The position numbers were made by a program, and so were the translations under genes. Shown here one piece after another: positions 13,555 through 26,875 of a stretch of 64,000 nucleotides of DNA. The stretch is taken from assembly GCA_017499595.2 (NCBI GenBank), contig CM039007.1, positions 2,728,001 through 2,792,000 of the forward strand, written 5' to 3'. Position 1 is the first letter of the stretch. Each line of letters opens with the position of its first letter. The notes beneath the pieces were generated by a model that saw only the letters and a list, made by a program, of their open reading frames with translations, was not told where the DNA came from and searched no databases. The DNA is from Psilocybe cubensis (lineage: Eukaryota).

Positions 13555-15327
13555 TGGAATGAAGTCTTTAGAATGAGAGTAGACTGATCATTCTCGAGGT
13601 TTTTGCTCGTCTTTTATACTTTTCAATCTCATCTCACGATTTATGAAAGCGGAGCCGCATCCACAATTTTGGTTTGTTAACTGACGTTCCCTATTGGCTA
13701 TAGGATAACAAAATACAACCATCATTTGCTCCCAGCACAATTCTCAACAGGAAACAATGAAATGAATTGTGCGAACTCACAGTCAACCATGCATATACTT
13801 TCCACTGTCGCGTAGTCAGCGAAGCTCCAAGAACTCGTGGAGCAGTGACTGCGCAAGCCTACATTCTAGCATTATTTCAAGATAAATGTCGCTATAATTA
13901 GTCTTGCCACGCCATGAACTTGCCCAAAACAAGATATGGGCGCCTTCTGGACATATCGGAGCATTTATACCACCATTAGTTATCACAACGCTTACAAGAA
14001 TAATATACCTCGTCCTAGCGGACATAACAGAGATCAGAGAAAGAGAGACCGATCGTTCTCATTCAATCATAGTCTAAAACAGAGCTATCATGTGGTTGAG
14101 CCACGGCTCCGTAGGGTCGTGGAAATTTCTTCCCGGTGTTGCAGTAGCCTATTGGTAGCCGGATGCATTAGCCATCAATGTCGGGAAAAATACTGATTTT
14201 CACTGAATGATTGACGAGCGGGAGAATCGAAGTCTTGTGAAAGGTTGTCGAGAACCTTACGCAAGAAATGAACAGACGGACAAGTATAGAGACCAAACAT
14301 CACTTTGAGGATATTAATTTCTCTGTACATGACTGGTTTACTGTCATCGTGCAAGGCATTTTCCGAATTTTTTGAAAGTGAGTACGAAACCACACTCACG
14401 CAAGATAGTAAATTATATAGCACACGAATCAATGGCTAAAGTGATATCGCTCCAGATCAAGGGCGAGGGCGATCCAAGGAGCTGGAAAGTCCGTATACTG
14501 GAAATGTCTGTATTGCTTTTAGAAACTGTACACAAAGAGATTGGAAACCGAATGTCACTGGAACCGAAAGCTAACAAATTCAGCATCAGAGGAAACATTA
14601 TTGTACATTTCTGTTCTCGAAGTTTCTTTTGCAAAAATAATGCAATCCAGTGTACAGTAGTCGAATTGATTGTCTGTACTTTAGCGGAGTACCCGGATAG
14701 GCAAACCCAGCTCCCGAGACTTTGATATGAAATCGTGGGTTCCTCTGGGCGAACACTGCGGTACCGTGTGAGGGGATAGACCGGCCACCGAGAAGTATGT
14801 ATGGCGCTGGTTAGGGGTCGAAATCAAGGATCTTACAACTGTGGGAGTTAAACGACAACCGTGGTAGAAAGGTCACCGCAAACAGAATACATTACTAATG
14901 TTCCCGAAGCGCAAGTTAAAAATCTGATATATCTCACCCAAAGGTAGGGTACAGACATGATGCTCCAGAAACGAGGGAAAGGATCCAACCACTCAGTCAG
15001 ACGGGTTTGAGAAATATTGTGGACCATGTTATCGTATTCAAGACTAGAGCCGGCAAACCCTTTCTAATATTATGGTAGATCATGGAAAGATTGTAACCAT
15101 TCAGAACAATACTCCCTGCCTAGCATCGGGTTCAAAGCCAGCAATGAAAATAACAAAATTTTGAAAACGAATACCTCGGGAAAGGCACCTGTAGCTACTG
15201 TCCAAAAGTAAATAGTAGGCCCCCTAGAAGCTCAGTAGAATTTCTTTGACTTTATTTCAATAAAGTTATGTTTTAAATATATACAGAATAAACAAGGGAA
15301 TTGGAAGCTGTAATCTCTATACTTTGG

Positions 15328-17454
15328 TCAAACATGGCTCCAGCTACTTTCTGCGGTGTCAAATTTCTTTTCTTCCGTGCGGTGGACCTTGATCTGAGAA
15401 AAATCGGCAGTGGTCAGTCTTCAACAATCACGGAGAATTATAACAACGTACACCAATAACCTCTGGCTGAGAGCTAGTGTGGGGTCGGATCTTTTGATCT
15501 ACAAGCTCTTGATCAAGGCGAGCACGGTAGCTTGTAGATGAAAGTCCCAGCGAATCCTATTACAATGTAAGTGAAGAATAAGAGGGAATTAAAAAATAAC
15601 GCACTTCGCCTATCTTATCTTCTTCACCACCACCTGTATGTGCCGCAGCGGAACGTCCTGTGATAATTCTTCCTACACTGTAGGAGGAGTCGTGACCGGA
15701 CTGCGATGATTTTCGAGAATTTAACCTGCGTCGGATGATATCCATGAAGGTTTCTTCGAAGGAATGCAGAAAAATAACGAACATAGCGATATAACTTATA
15801 GTGTACACTGTGAAATAGATTGATCAGTCGTCTGTTCATTAAGGTGGAAAAACGAAGCCTACATTTGGTGACCAAGAACGATACGCCGAGGAAAATAAGG
15901 TTATCAGGCATTGCTACATACTAGTAGGGGCATATGTTTAGCTGCGATATACATCAGACAAAATGAGACGCACAGTGAACAGCGAGGCCATTGATGCAGC
16001 ACTATGCAAACCTGTAAGCATGATCTTTGGGACAATATGTAGACTTCATAATACCATGTGAGAGTTCCCGAAATCAGTACGTATCGAATAATACTGAAAA
16101 TTCGATTGTTTGTACTTGAAAAGTGTGAACAATCAGACTTCGAGGCCATAGCACAGTAGCGCTCACCTGCTAAACGAGTTTCTGCTCTTGTACAGGTAAT
16201 AACACATTGATACGGCAAGAACGGCGTCGATAAACGTAGAAGTCGAAAATGTTGCGCGCACAACCCACTACGAAACATAATGAAATCGAGCATGATGAGA
16301 TATTCTTGAGAAACTAACCGCCATAGCTTCGACGTCGACCCAACTTTTCAGTTTACAACTGCAGGGGGTATGAGCTCTATTGCACAGATGGGATCGAAAT
16401 GACTCACGAGTAGATAGCTAACACTGTCAAAGATAGTGATAGTTTGTCAGTGCACAATAAAACCAACTGAAGTCTAACTAACGTAGCCCAACGACTGCAT
16501 AAGATGAATGTGAGTTGCACTCGTCAGGAGGAAGCAATGTGGCAATAAAGCGTACCGTAGCCTCCAATCATTATGCCAACCTTGTTAAGACACGTTCAGC
16601 TATCTTATCAAGCAAGCCATTGATTTACATCTGAACTAACCACAGCGACGGGCCATATGCGCGAGAAATGGCTTCCGACTGGAGGGTGAATGAATCAGCG
16701 AAACACTCAAACATGTTGGAAGAAAACTCACGTTTCCATACTCTTATCACATAAAGACTTGAAGAATGAAACCTCAGATTAGTGGTATTTCAAAGAGCGT
16801 GGAGCGGCTGACTTACGTTTGGACTAGGACAACGATAACCACCTAATGATTTATTCAGTTTTCTAGTCATCATATACCGAAGAAAAGTCTAGTTACATTC
16901 AAAACGATCTGAACTTTTAGACTCCTTCATGATTGGGAAGTGTTAGGGCATTTGGTGATAATGGGCCAAAATGAGGACGTACCAGACAACGTGCAACAAC
17001 GCCACAAGCTTCCCAAACTGTAGAATCACATAATGATATATCCCGTGGATTGTCATGACAAGATGGATAGTGTCAAACAGCCTATGAAGATTCGTCAATG
17101 TTTCTTCAGGAATGATTGCTTTCGAGTTCCTACACAAGGCTGGCAACCTAACCACCGTCAAAGATCAGATACGCAGGGAGCATAGATAAAGATAATACTG
17201 ACAGAGATCTTCTGGAACTTCCAATCCTTTGGATAGTTGTGGAAGTACAGGTAAGCCAAAACGAGGGTGATTCCATAAAGGCTATGGTTGCAAAATTGGG
17301 TGGTTAACAACTGTCGAACGCTGCTCAGCGGATTCGGAACGTACACTGAAGAGAAAACACAGCCGAGATATCCAGCGCCAATCGTGTTCTCAAGAGTGAA
17401 CGGTCCAAGGGCTAGCAACGCCGCTGCGCCTGCGTTGGGAGTGGCCTGTGCCAT
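15328..17454 (-). CDS. DUF6534-family multi-pass membrane protein (multi-exon)
   Basis: MAQATPN..TLENTIGAGYLGCVFSSV/LYGITLVLAYLYFHNYPKDWKFQKIS/..LFDTIHLVMTIHGIYHY../..MPDNLIFLGVSFLVTK/LYTISYIAMLNSRK; same motif set as the gene at 2031-4040. Confidence 0.85.
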
Positions 17455-20432
17455 GAAAAGAGCGCGAATGGGGACGTCAAGGACTAGGCTGAGCAATGCA
17501 AAGGAATGAAGTATTTGAACGAGGACCACTGAAAAAATCGGCGATCGCAACCAGAGAATCGGTTTCTTTCTAGCCCCTGAAAAACCGTCAATACTGTGGT
17601 GTTCGTGTGCGGGGTGTATATCCGACCTTCGGTAAGGACGACTAGAAATCAGTAGATCTAGTGTATCAAGATATAGAGCGCATGCGTTATCAAATTCCTG
17701 GACACGATTTAAAATGTTAATCAATTGGAAATTTAGGGAAACCCACGTTCCCCAAGAAGCTTCAAGAAAGTTAAAGCGAGAATGCACTCTTCCTAACCTC
17801 ACCATTGCAGAACAAAAAACACTCAGGAGTCAGAAGGATCTAAGTCGCGGATGATATAAGAATGGTAAAGTTGGGGCATGTTACTAACATTTTATCACGG
17901 CATCCCCTGATTAGGCATACTGGCCAAGTATAAGTTAGGTATTTCGATTCTCTTGGTTCCGCGAAGTAAACGCGAGTATCTGATTCACATATCCAAAGGA
18001 GTCAGATGGAGCATCGGCTCCCGTACGGACCTTGTATACCGGACATTGTAAAGCTCTAGAGCACTGTTGATTTGAGTTAAACAAATGAACATTGAGGTGA
18101 TTTGGAAGGAGAACATCGCTCGTCGTTCCGCTTTCAACATTCTGGGGTATTCTAAAGCAAAGCAACGACCGGAGTGATGATGACGCGCAAAGCTTCAAGA
18201 ATGGCCTCGGCATTCTGATGGCCGAGGGTGCAGGTCCGGATCCTGCCATGGTATCTATCGGCAATCAGACGATACTGGGTCCTCGCCAAGACCATGGTGA
18301 TCGAAGGAAACCGAAGGAACGATAAATTTGCTCTGCAGAAACGAATCTGAAAATTAGTCTTAAAGATAGACGTTGGAGGTGGATACCAAAATAAGGTATC
18401 TTGCCCAATGGTTTTCGAGTCTGTAATACTAAAGATAGTATTTTAACTTTTTTTGCCTGAACAAGTCTAACTATTTGACAAGCATATTGCCTCTGTGAGA
18501 TCCATTAGCAATGTCGGACAAAATAAACTGTAATAAGTTTTGAAGAACCACACCCATGCATATGGTTGCACACAATGTACTTTTGGGCCTAAATCTTCTC
18601 GGAGATTTTATTTTTTGCAAAAGCGTAATAAGAAAAAAGAAAGAACAAAATTCTAAAGCTGCACACTTTGGTAGGATGATATATGAACACGAATATTTGT
18701 TGACCGAAATTTAGGAAACGAGTGGATCAGTGGCGTATGAATCAGTTGCGATCTATGTTCCCCATTTGTTTTCAAATCCAGGTCAAGAACATCAAGGACG
18801 GAGGATGACCAACCTGTTCCTTCTATCCTTCTTGAGATAGTTAGATCTTGTATCAGGACAAGAAAATCTTCAGCATATAATAACTTTGAGCGCCTATTGG
18901 CAAAATTTGGAAAACTTCAAAACATAGCTGCACCGGTGGAAAAATGTGAACGAATCCTTCAATGTCAGTTTTCTTCTATGCTCTACCTCAAGAACAGTAA
19001 GCAGACTTTGCTGAGTGGCGTGTGAGCCTCTTGTGATAATTCTAGATATGGCATCGTATTTCCTCCTATTCCGAAGTTCTACATGGAAAAGTGGGGGATA
19101 TTCAAAAAATTAGTGGGAATGATGGAACTGAGAAGTTAACCTAGCGTACGGATTGGGCACGCAAGGGTACTCTGTGGCTTAAATGTGGGGAAAAAATTGT
19201 CTCCGATTTTATTAGTTCCTTCTCCAACTGGGTAAGAGCCCTATACGATATGTGATCAAGTGTATTTTAGACAAACGCGTCTCATCGCCGTCGACTCGTT
19301 GAACACTGTTGAGTAAGGTATAGATGCTCTCACATCCCTCGGCGATGCTGCCTTGATTCCTCAAGGAGAATGCTTCCCCTCAAATCAGAAATGGGGGACG
19401 CTTCCTTTCTACTTGGTCTGGAGTATGTGGCGCTTAGTGGCGTTGCAGGGCGAGCGAAAAGTTTACAAGTAATCCCGATTATACCGCGTTTGGGATTTTC
19501 TTAACCGCATTGGTGCCTATTGGTGAACACTTGCGTACACGTGGTTATCGTGAAGAATTCACGTGGTAAGGTTCAAACAGAAAAGAGCAGAAACTGGCCA
19601 AGGCGACTTTAAAGCATGACCATAGTCGAAATTGAATCGCAAGTCAACTGGGTGGCTTGCGAATCCGCACCATCGAAGTTCCAGAATTCAACCATTCTTC
19701 ATGCGCATCCGTGACCTAAAGTTCTACTCGATAGGAGGCGTGAAATGATTATACATTCTCTGATAACACTCAGCAGAAGGTTCTGTGGTTTATTTATCTT
19801 CCGTCTTTGGGTACCCAATTTGATCAAGAGCATGTGCTCAAGGGCCAACCCGGCATCAAATCGCATTTCTGTCATGAGATGCGCAACATGCATGAAGGCC
19901 ATGCACATTTCATTTTGACGGTGTGCCGTAGTACCGGTGATAAAATCACAATATCACAAACTCAAAATTTTTGAACCTAACGAAACACATCCAAGCTATC
20001 TTTTCAGTGCTTAAGAGAGTGAAAGACACAAAGAAAGTGGTCTCCGATATACCGTCACTGATAGCCCTAACTCTCGGTTCGGGTCCGACGGAATGGACAG
20101 TTTGAACCCGATACACTGTAATTTCCCATTAGAATCAAATATTGGTACACAGTTCTAAATGCGTACATTGAGAGCTGAGGTGTTTATCTTTGGTCCCACA
20201 CTCATATTCCAGCCATGACGCATTAAGCTTTGTGAGAGAGTACATACCTGGGGAAGCTTCGGATTGAGGTATGGAATGAATCAGCCATAATCGAAGCGTT
20301 GATGAGATTTACCACCTTTTGCGTTGACTGGATGTATGTTTATTTCGCCGTAACGCATTTTTTCTACCGTGTATATGACACTGCTCCGTGATGAACTGGG
20401 GCGTCCACCTCAAGTCCTGGTAGGAAAAATTG

Positions 20433-21098
20433 GGATTATTCTATTCAGGAACCCCAGAAACCCCTAGAAACCCCTAGAAACCCCAGGGGTTTCTGAATAG
20501 TCCTCGAAGCAACATTCTAAACCCCTGCTTGAACATGCATGGGAGGTTTAAGGTCCGACCTAGCTTTGCTGGTCTGCCGTGTCGTGCCGTCGTCGTCGCC
20601 TTTGAGTCAATAGTTGATCGTCTTCATGTGAATATATTCAATTGTTCAATTTCTGTACGCTAACGTCTCTAGTGCAAGCAATAGTGCCAATGAAACTCAA
20701 CAAACCCATTCAATGAGCTTTAGAGTCGTTCAATGGTTATTTATTCAAAGGGATATCATATTTGATGTTTATGAACACCGAGGTAGGGCATCCAGAGTAC
20801 TAGAGAGTATAGTAGTGGTTTTAGGTACAAGAAAATACATTATACAGAGGTTTCTAGGCTTTTACGTAGTTCTTTTACTGCTTTTTTTATTTTCGAGCGA
20901 AGTTGCGCCTACGCACCCGAGTGGCCACTTGAAACGGCCCGCATGAGAATACAAGCTCCTACTTAATCCGCCGAAGCGGCATTCTGAACATTCATCACAC
21001 CTTCATCACAACATTCATAACGATTTTATGAATTTTGAGGGTTTCTATGGGGTTTCTGGGGTTTCTGGGGTTTCTGGGGTTTCTGAATAGAATAATCC
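20433..21098 (+). mobile_element. Non-autonomous MITE, Mutator (MULE)-like, copy A
   Basis: TIR GGATTATTCTATTCAG..CTGAATAGAATAATCC with subterminal (AGAAACCCC(T))n repeats; perfect 9-bp TSD GAAAAATTG at 20424-20432 and 21099-21107. Confidence 0.85.
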
Positions 21099-21130
21099 GA
21101 AAAATTGCTTACATTCACAGTTGCAACAGA

Positions 21131-21770
21131 GAATTATTCTATTCAGAAACCCTAGAAACCCTAGAAACCCCATAAAAACCCCCAAAATTCATAAAATCGT
21201 TATGAATGTTGTGATGAAGTTGTGATGAATGTTCAGAATGCCGCTTCGGCGGATTAAGTAGGAGCTTGTATTCGCATGCGGGCCGTTTCAAGTGGCCACT
21301 CGGTGCAACTTCGCTCGAAAATGAAAAAAGCAGTAAATGAACATGTTAAAAGCCTAGAAACCTTTGTATAATGTAGTTATTTGTATGTAACACCACTAAT
21401 ATACTCCCTAGTACTATTTCTTGCATCTTATAGTGCTCTGGATGCCCTCCATCGGTGTTCATAAACATCAAATATGATATCTCTTCGAATAAATAACCAT
21501 ACAACGACTCGAAAGTTCACTGACTGGGCTTGTTGAGTTTTATTGGCACTATCGCTTGCATTAGAGACGTTAGCGTATGGGAATTAAACAATTGAATACA
21601 TTTACATGAAGACGATCAACAAGCCAACGACGACGGCACAACACGGCAGACCAGCAAGGCCGGACCGTAAAACGTCCCATACATGCAGGGGCTTAGAATG
21701 ATGATTTGAGGACTATTCAGAAACCCCTAGAAACCCTAGGGGTTTCTGGGGTTTGTGAATAGAATAATCC
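21131..21770 (-). mobile_element. Non-autonomous MITE, Mutator-like, copy B (inverted relative to copy A)
   Basis: Reverse-complement homologue of 20433-21098 over its length with the same TIRs; degenerate 9-bp TSD TGCAACAGA / CGCAAAAAA. Confidence 0.8.
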
Positions 21771-23292
21771 CGCAAAAAACTTATAAATTTACGCAATTTT
21801 GAGTGCCGAGGACTCGGTGAATCATGGTTAGGAGAAGGGACTGTGTTGAACCATGTAACTATTGAAAAATGCAGAAAAATGTTAGGTGATAATTCTGCGA
21901 GGTTGTCCCGCCTCACATACCACCACACTGCCACTCTTCCTGTACTACTTTATTCCGTCCATCAAGGAATTTAAGGGGGTCAAAATTCACAAGGTTGAGG
22001 AGTACATAAAGTACTAAACATAGCTTTCCACGACGGGCAGCACTGCCCTCAAAATCCGGACGATCAACAGCGAAAAGGAAAAATAACATCCACAGATAAG
22101 ATTAAAAATACCCCAAAGCAAATCGTTACGAGTAAAGTGCGATGGCAGCTCGACAGCCAGCGACGGCCAGAGCATGCCAGATGTCTGATAGCGGCCTAAT
22201 TGCCTCGGCATCCATATTCTAGTTAAACGAAGGTGTACTTTGAGGTGGCTTCGTGACTCGGTGGCGGGGGACATTGAGCGGACACACGGAAGCTCCCCCT
22301 CATCCCTCTGTGACGGCCACACACAATTCCAACGCTGCCCTTTGCCCGGTTGCGGTTACAACTTGCCACCGTATCTTTGCACGAGCGTTAGTCCAAGCGG
22401 AAAACCAATCTTCTGGGGACCACTGCCACAAGCATCTGACAGCGAGTCGTCAAGGTAAGAAATAGGCAAGCATGTCAAGAACGTCAAAGATTTTCTTGAT
22501 ATAAATACCAAGATGACTTGCAGAGGGGCTGAGCGCGCTGGTGATCGATGATGAACGGTTCAGCATTCAAAACGTGATGGACCCCTTTTAGATTTCGGGT
22601 TCTGAGAATCAAACTTCAATGTCCGAACACTTCTCCCGTGAAGCCGTGGAACATCCTTGCGCTTAAAAACTCGAGAATTTTAATTTCTCGATGGACTTGG
22701 TGGTAGGATTTCAGCATGTACTGAACACTTCAATTCATTGGCATGTTCCCGTAAATAATTATCACGACTGAATACAACTATCTAGTCCGTAATGATAACG
22801 AATTACAAATTTATTTCAATTTCCGCCAGAGTGTGCCGACGCGGCGATTCTGATAGTTCAAATGGGGATATCAGAACCCTTAAATAAGAAAGCGGCAGAA
22901 CGACGAAGAAAAGGAGTCTTGGCGGAACGTGTTGCCCGAGCGATCTGGCATAGAGTGATTCCGCTTACGAAGAGGGTTGCTCGCTGTTGCTCGCAACGGA
23001 AGGCATGAAGGTGTTATGTGCCCGAAGAACAGGATAATAACGAAATTTCAACTTTTTTATATTATTGTCGAGGCAAAGATATACAGCCTCGAAGGACAGG
23101 GAATTGTCTATAGTGGTTATATGGTATATGTTGTATAGTCCGAAGAAAGAGCGAAACGGCACAAAAAGAATGAGTGTCCATTTGATCCCGAAAAGAAGAA
23201 TTAGCTACGCGTAGTTCATCTGTAGGACGTACCACGCACAGCAGCTCGTCGAGCACATTAGATAGAAGTAGAATGAAATCACATTAAACGTG

Positions 23293-23990
23293 CTATGAAA
23301 GGGGCACGAGAGTCCACGCTGCACCGAGAATTACACCGAGCGAAACAATGATGAGCTGGCTGATAGGGATATTCAACACGTCTAACCGCGCTCCACTGGC
23401 GATAGCAGGGAAGGTTGTGGCGAACGGTAGTGTTGGGTTTGGAGAGCCACTCAGGGTGACAGTTGGAATGCCCGTTGCGGGTGATGGTCTGGATGTATCT
23501 GTTGGTGTAGAAGAGGCGTCGAGGATTGTAAACCGTGAGGAGGTGGTGTGCATGACTCCATGCGTGGAATTAATGAAAATAAGGAAGTAGTCGTCCCCTG
23601 CAGGAAAGTCCTGTAGGAAGATATTGAGCTTCCCCTGAGATGCTGGAACTAGAGGGTCCAGCCATTAGAGATAGATTAAGATTGGTGCCATAGAGCACTC
23701 ACCGTTTCGAGCAACCAAAGTCAACCCATTCGAATTCAGCCTTGCCATCTCCACATCGAAACCATGAATGTTGTCTCGTAGGGCCTTCGACCATGTTATG
23801 AGATTGGTGGCGCCGTTCGACCACTGCGCTGACAAGTGCGGCTCATCGATAATGAAGTAGTTGGCTGAAAGAATACAGATTAGTTCAGTGCCCAGCTGCT
23901 TCCTGTAGTGTGCTAACCCGACGCTGTCGAAGCAAAGAAGAGCATCGTCATGTAGACCGCAAAGAGGTTAGAAAAAGCCGATGCACGCAT
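23293..23990 (-). CDS. Small secreted Ser/Thr-rich, probably GPI-anchored cell-surface protein (Kre9/KNH-like N-terminal domain)
   Basis: Signal peptide MRASAFSNLFAVYMTMLFFASTAS; ..IDEP..QWSNGATNLITW..FPAGDDYFLIFINSTHG..SSRFTI; S/T/P-rich stalk; hydrophobic C-terminus ISQLIIVSLGVILGAAWTLV; two introns. Confidence 0.8.
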
Positions 23991-24241
23991 GTTTTCGTCG
24001 TCGTCGTTATATCTTCAGTTTTAGGGTGTAACGATAGGTTGAAGAGAGCTATTCGTAGTTTTCGAGAAGTTGTTCGTTGAGATTGGACGTAAGCGTTGTG
24101 CGGTGTCCAGGCGGCGTCCGTTACTGACTGAAATTGGGCCAAAACTTTTTGCCAGATAGGCACCGCTCACGTGACGCTGACACGCCCCCTTGTTCCTGTC
24201 GGGCCGAGGCGCCGCAGATATACAGGAAATCATAGTGGATA

Positions 24242-24461
24242 CACTGCTGGCACCCATTCGTATATGCCAGATATAAATGAATTAGAAACACGTTTTGTAT
24301 ATGGAAATCAAGGTTTTGTTGTAATTTTCAGAGAAATATGGTCCGGAATACACTTCCGAAGCGTATTTCTCTGAAAAATGCCAACAAAAAGCACACAGTC
24401 AAACACGTAACGTGTAGTTAATTCGTGTTCATTTGACATATACCAATGGGCGCCAGCAGTG
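24242..24461 (+). mobile_element. CACTA/CMC-type MITE, copy A
   Basis: TIR CACTGCTGGCACCCATT..AATGGGCGCCAGCAGTG; 3-bp TSD ATA on both sides. Confidence 0.85.
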
Positions 24462-24471
24462 ATACGTAGAA

Positions 24472-24694
24472 CAATGCTGGGGCTTATTAGTATATGTCAA
24501 ATGAACACGAATTAAATACACGTTACGTGATTGAATATATGCTTTTTATTGGCATCTTTTTAGAGAAATATGCTTCGGAAGTACATTCCGGACCATATTT
24601 CTCTAAAAAATGACAACAAAAAACTCGATTTCCATACACAAAACGTGTTTCTAATTCATTTATATTTGGAATATACGAATGTGTGTCAGCAGTG
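24472..24694 (-). mobile_element. CACTA/CMC-type MITE, copy B (inverted)
   Basis: Reverse-complement homologue of 24242-24461; termini CAATGCTGG..TCAGCAGTG; 3-bp TSD GAA on both sides. Confidence 0.8.
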
Positions 24695-25388
24695 GAAGCA
24701 GTTCACCTAAAAATGCGCCATCCAAATTGTATCCAAAACTCAAAAAAGGTAATAAATTTTGTCAATCCTATGGGAGAGGATGAAGAATAGGAGAGGATTT
24801 TAGTGGGTATTGCGTCAGTAAGAAATATTGGGGACAGACCAAGTTCACACTCACAACCCCGCCTATATGACTTGATAACACTGCTGGAGGCCATTGAAAT
24901 ATGTCAAATAAAAACAAATCACATATACATTTTGTATTCAGAAATTACTAGCGGACTGCAAGGCTATGTCGTGGCCGAACATGCCAATAATGGATAATGC
25001 TCCACAGTGCCCACAACCTCAGCATTGCGTTTTTATTACTCTACAGTTTTTCCACTAGTACCAAGACACAAACGGAGAATCTATCAAAGAAAGCCACCAC
25101 AATTCTGCTAATAGCTACTTCATAGTAATGGCAGTTGTATTCATCGGGGGTTAAATTGCCTTTTCTTGCCTAAAAATTATGTGATTGGTGCTGTATATAG
25201 GACTTACTTCTTGATGAGTATTTACCTCTACAAGATACTCTCAAATCAAATTTAGGCAATAGCCTGGAATATAATCACACCGTAATCTCAACCGAGCCAT
25301 CAAGCGCTGGGTATTGCCTTTAATTGATATCGGCTCCGAAATGCCACGTTGTTGATCTGTGGGAGCGGTACTGATCTATCATTCTAAC

Positions 25389-26291
25389 CAGCTAACCTCT
25401 GAGCCACAAATGATGCATCAAGGTCACAACATTCCCTGGAATATTATCTCGTCCAACTTTCACTTTGTATCCAACGACAGGCGCTTCACATCACCGAAGA
25501 CTTCATTGATCGTTCACAAGCCGGACGAGAAATCGCTCAAGCACTTTATTCGCAAGTTTGGAACTGCCATCCGCACGTTCTCAAAGACAGAGCGGACAAA
25601 ATACCCAGAGTCATTCGAACCTCTGCTCACAGGAAAGGTGTTCTCCGATGAGCTACGGGAAAAATACCCTCAATACCTAGACGAGCGTAATCAGAATATC
25701 GAGGCTTGGTTTGCTGCCGGATACAGCACGAGCAACGCCAACCTCGCAGAGGCCGTCAAGATCCTGCTGCACGAAAACGAAATGTCTACACTGCTGATGC
25801 TGGCCCAGCACCCGTCGATCCCTCTTGCTCAACTCAACCATCTCAGTTGGGGACACCACTTTGGATTCTCGCGTGTCAAGGAATCTGCACTTCGCGCTTA
25901 CATGTTCTTCAACGCCGCCGAAGCAACAGGGATTCTGGAGAACGGAAAATACACGACCATTCAGCCCGAGTATTCTTCGCTGCTCTCGGAGATTGCGAGC
26001 TCGATGGACTATCCTGCGCAGCAAGTAACGCATCAAGAGTTCTTACGAGAGTGTGGTGTTTTGCAAGGGGGCACTAGCTGGGTACCTGAGGAAACTTACG
26101 TTCACTCGGATTACGCACGTCTGCAGAGATATCTCAAGAAGCTGTTTGAGCTGATGTACAGATACGACATGCTGCTTGCAGAGTGTGGCGCCGAGCCGGA
26201 ATGGGATATCGAGCTGGCGTACCAGTTTCCACTAAGGGGAAACATCAAGGTCGGCTGGGACGAGTCACAGCAGCGAAACGTACTAGCTTAG
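25389..26291 (+). CDS. Intronless hypothetical protein (~300 aa)
   Basis: Uninterrupted ORF with globular-protein composition (MMHQGHNIPWNIISSNFHFV..LSWGHHFGF..LFELMYRYD); a degenerate copy of its 5' part lies just downstream. Confidence 0.7.
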   Translation, partial: QLTSEPQMMHQGHNIPWNIISSNFHFVSNDRRFTSPKTSLIVHKPDEKSLKHFIRKFGTAIRTFSKTERTKYPESFEPLLTGKVFSDELREKYPQYLDERNQNIEAWFAAGYSTSNANLAEAVKILLHENEMSTLLMLAQHPSIPLAQLNHLSWGHHFGFSRVKESALRAYMFFNAAEATGILENGKYTTIQPEYSSLLSEIASSMDYPAQQVTHQEFLRECGVLQGGTSWVPEETYVHSDYARLQRYLKKLFELMYRYDMLLAECGAEPEWDIELAYQFPLRGNIKVGWDESQQRNVLA

Positions 26292-26450
26292 ACTTGGTAC
26301 TCATCTTCTACTTTATGACTGGAATCAAGCGCTGACTGTCACATGTTTGACAAGTGTCTACGCCTAGATGACAATGAACATGACACCTTGCGGGACCGCG
26401 CAGCGTTGGTTGCATAAATCATCAACGGAAACCTACCGACAACTTCAACG

Positions 26451-26760
26451 ATGCATCAAGGTCATAACATCCAATTTCCATTTTGTTTCCAATGACATTC
26501 GCTTTACACCACCGAAGACTACCCTACTGATCAATAACTTGGACATAAAAACTTCCAAGCAGTTGAAGCATTTTATCCGCAAGTTCGAGAGCACTATACA
26601 GGCGTTCCAGGCACATTTGGGCCTCTGAGCACAGGGAAACTGTTTTCGGACAAGCTACTTGGACAAGTATCCGGACCACCTCGACAAACACAATCAAAAT
26701 ATTGAGAATTGGGTTAAGCGGCGGTACGATATATAAAGCTCTGTACAGTGCATGAAGGTC
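26451..26760 (+). pseudogene. Degenerate partial tandem duplicate of the 25389-26291 gene
   Basis: ATGCATCAAGGTCATAAC.. then SNFHFVSNDIRFTPPKT..LKHFIRKF and DKYPDHLDKHNQNIENW match the upstream ORF, with deletions and frameshifts. Confidence 0.75.
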
Positions 26761-26875
26761 TTTGACGACGTGGAACAAATATACATGTTGTGAAGATTCT
26801 GATCCAAAGTGTCTGGCTTGGCGTCGCGATGAAGGCTATCATATTATTTAAAACCAAAACCCATCCTTTTTACGT

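Noticed and set aside
20449..20495. (AGAAACCCCT)n runs resembling interstitial telomeric repeats
   Set aside because: Not TTAGGG units; they are subterminal repeats within MITE TIRs.
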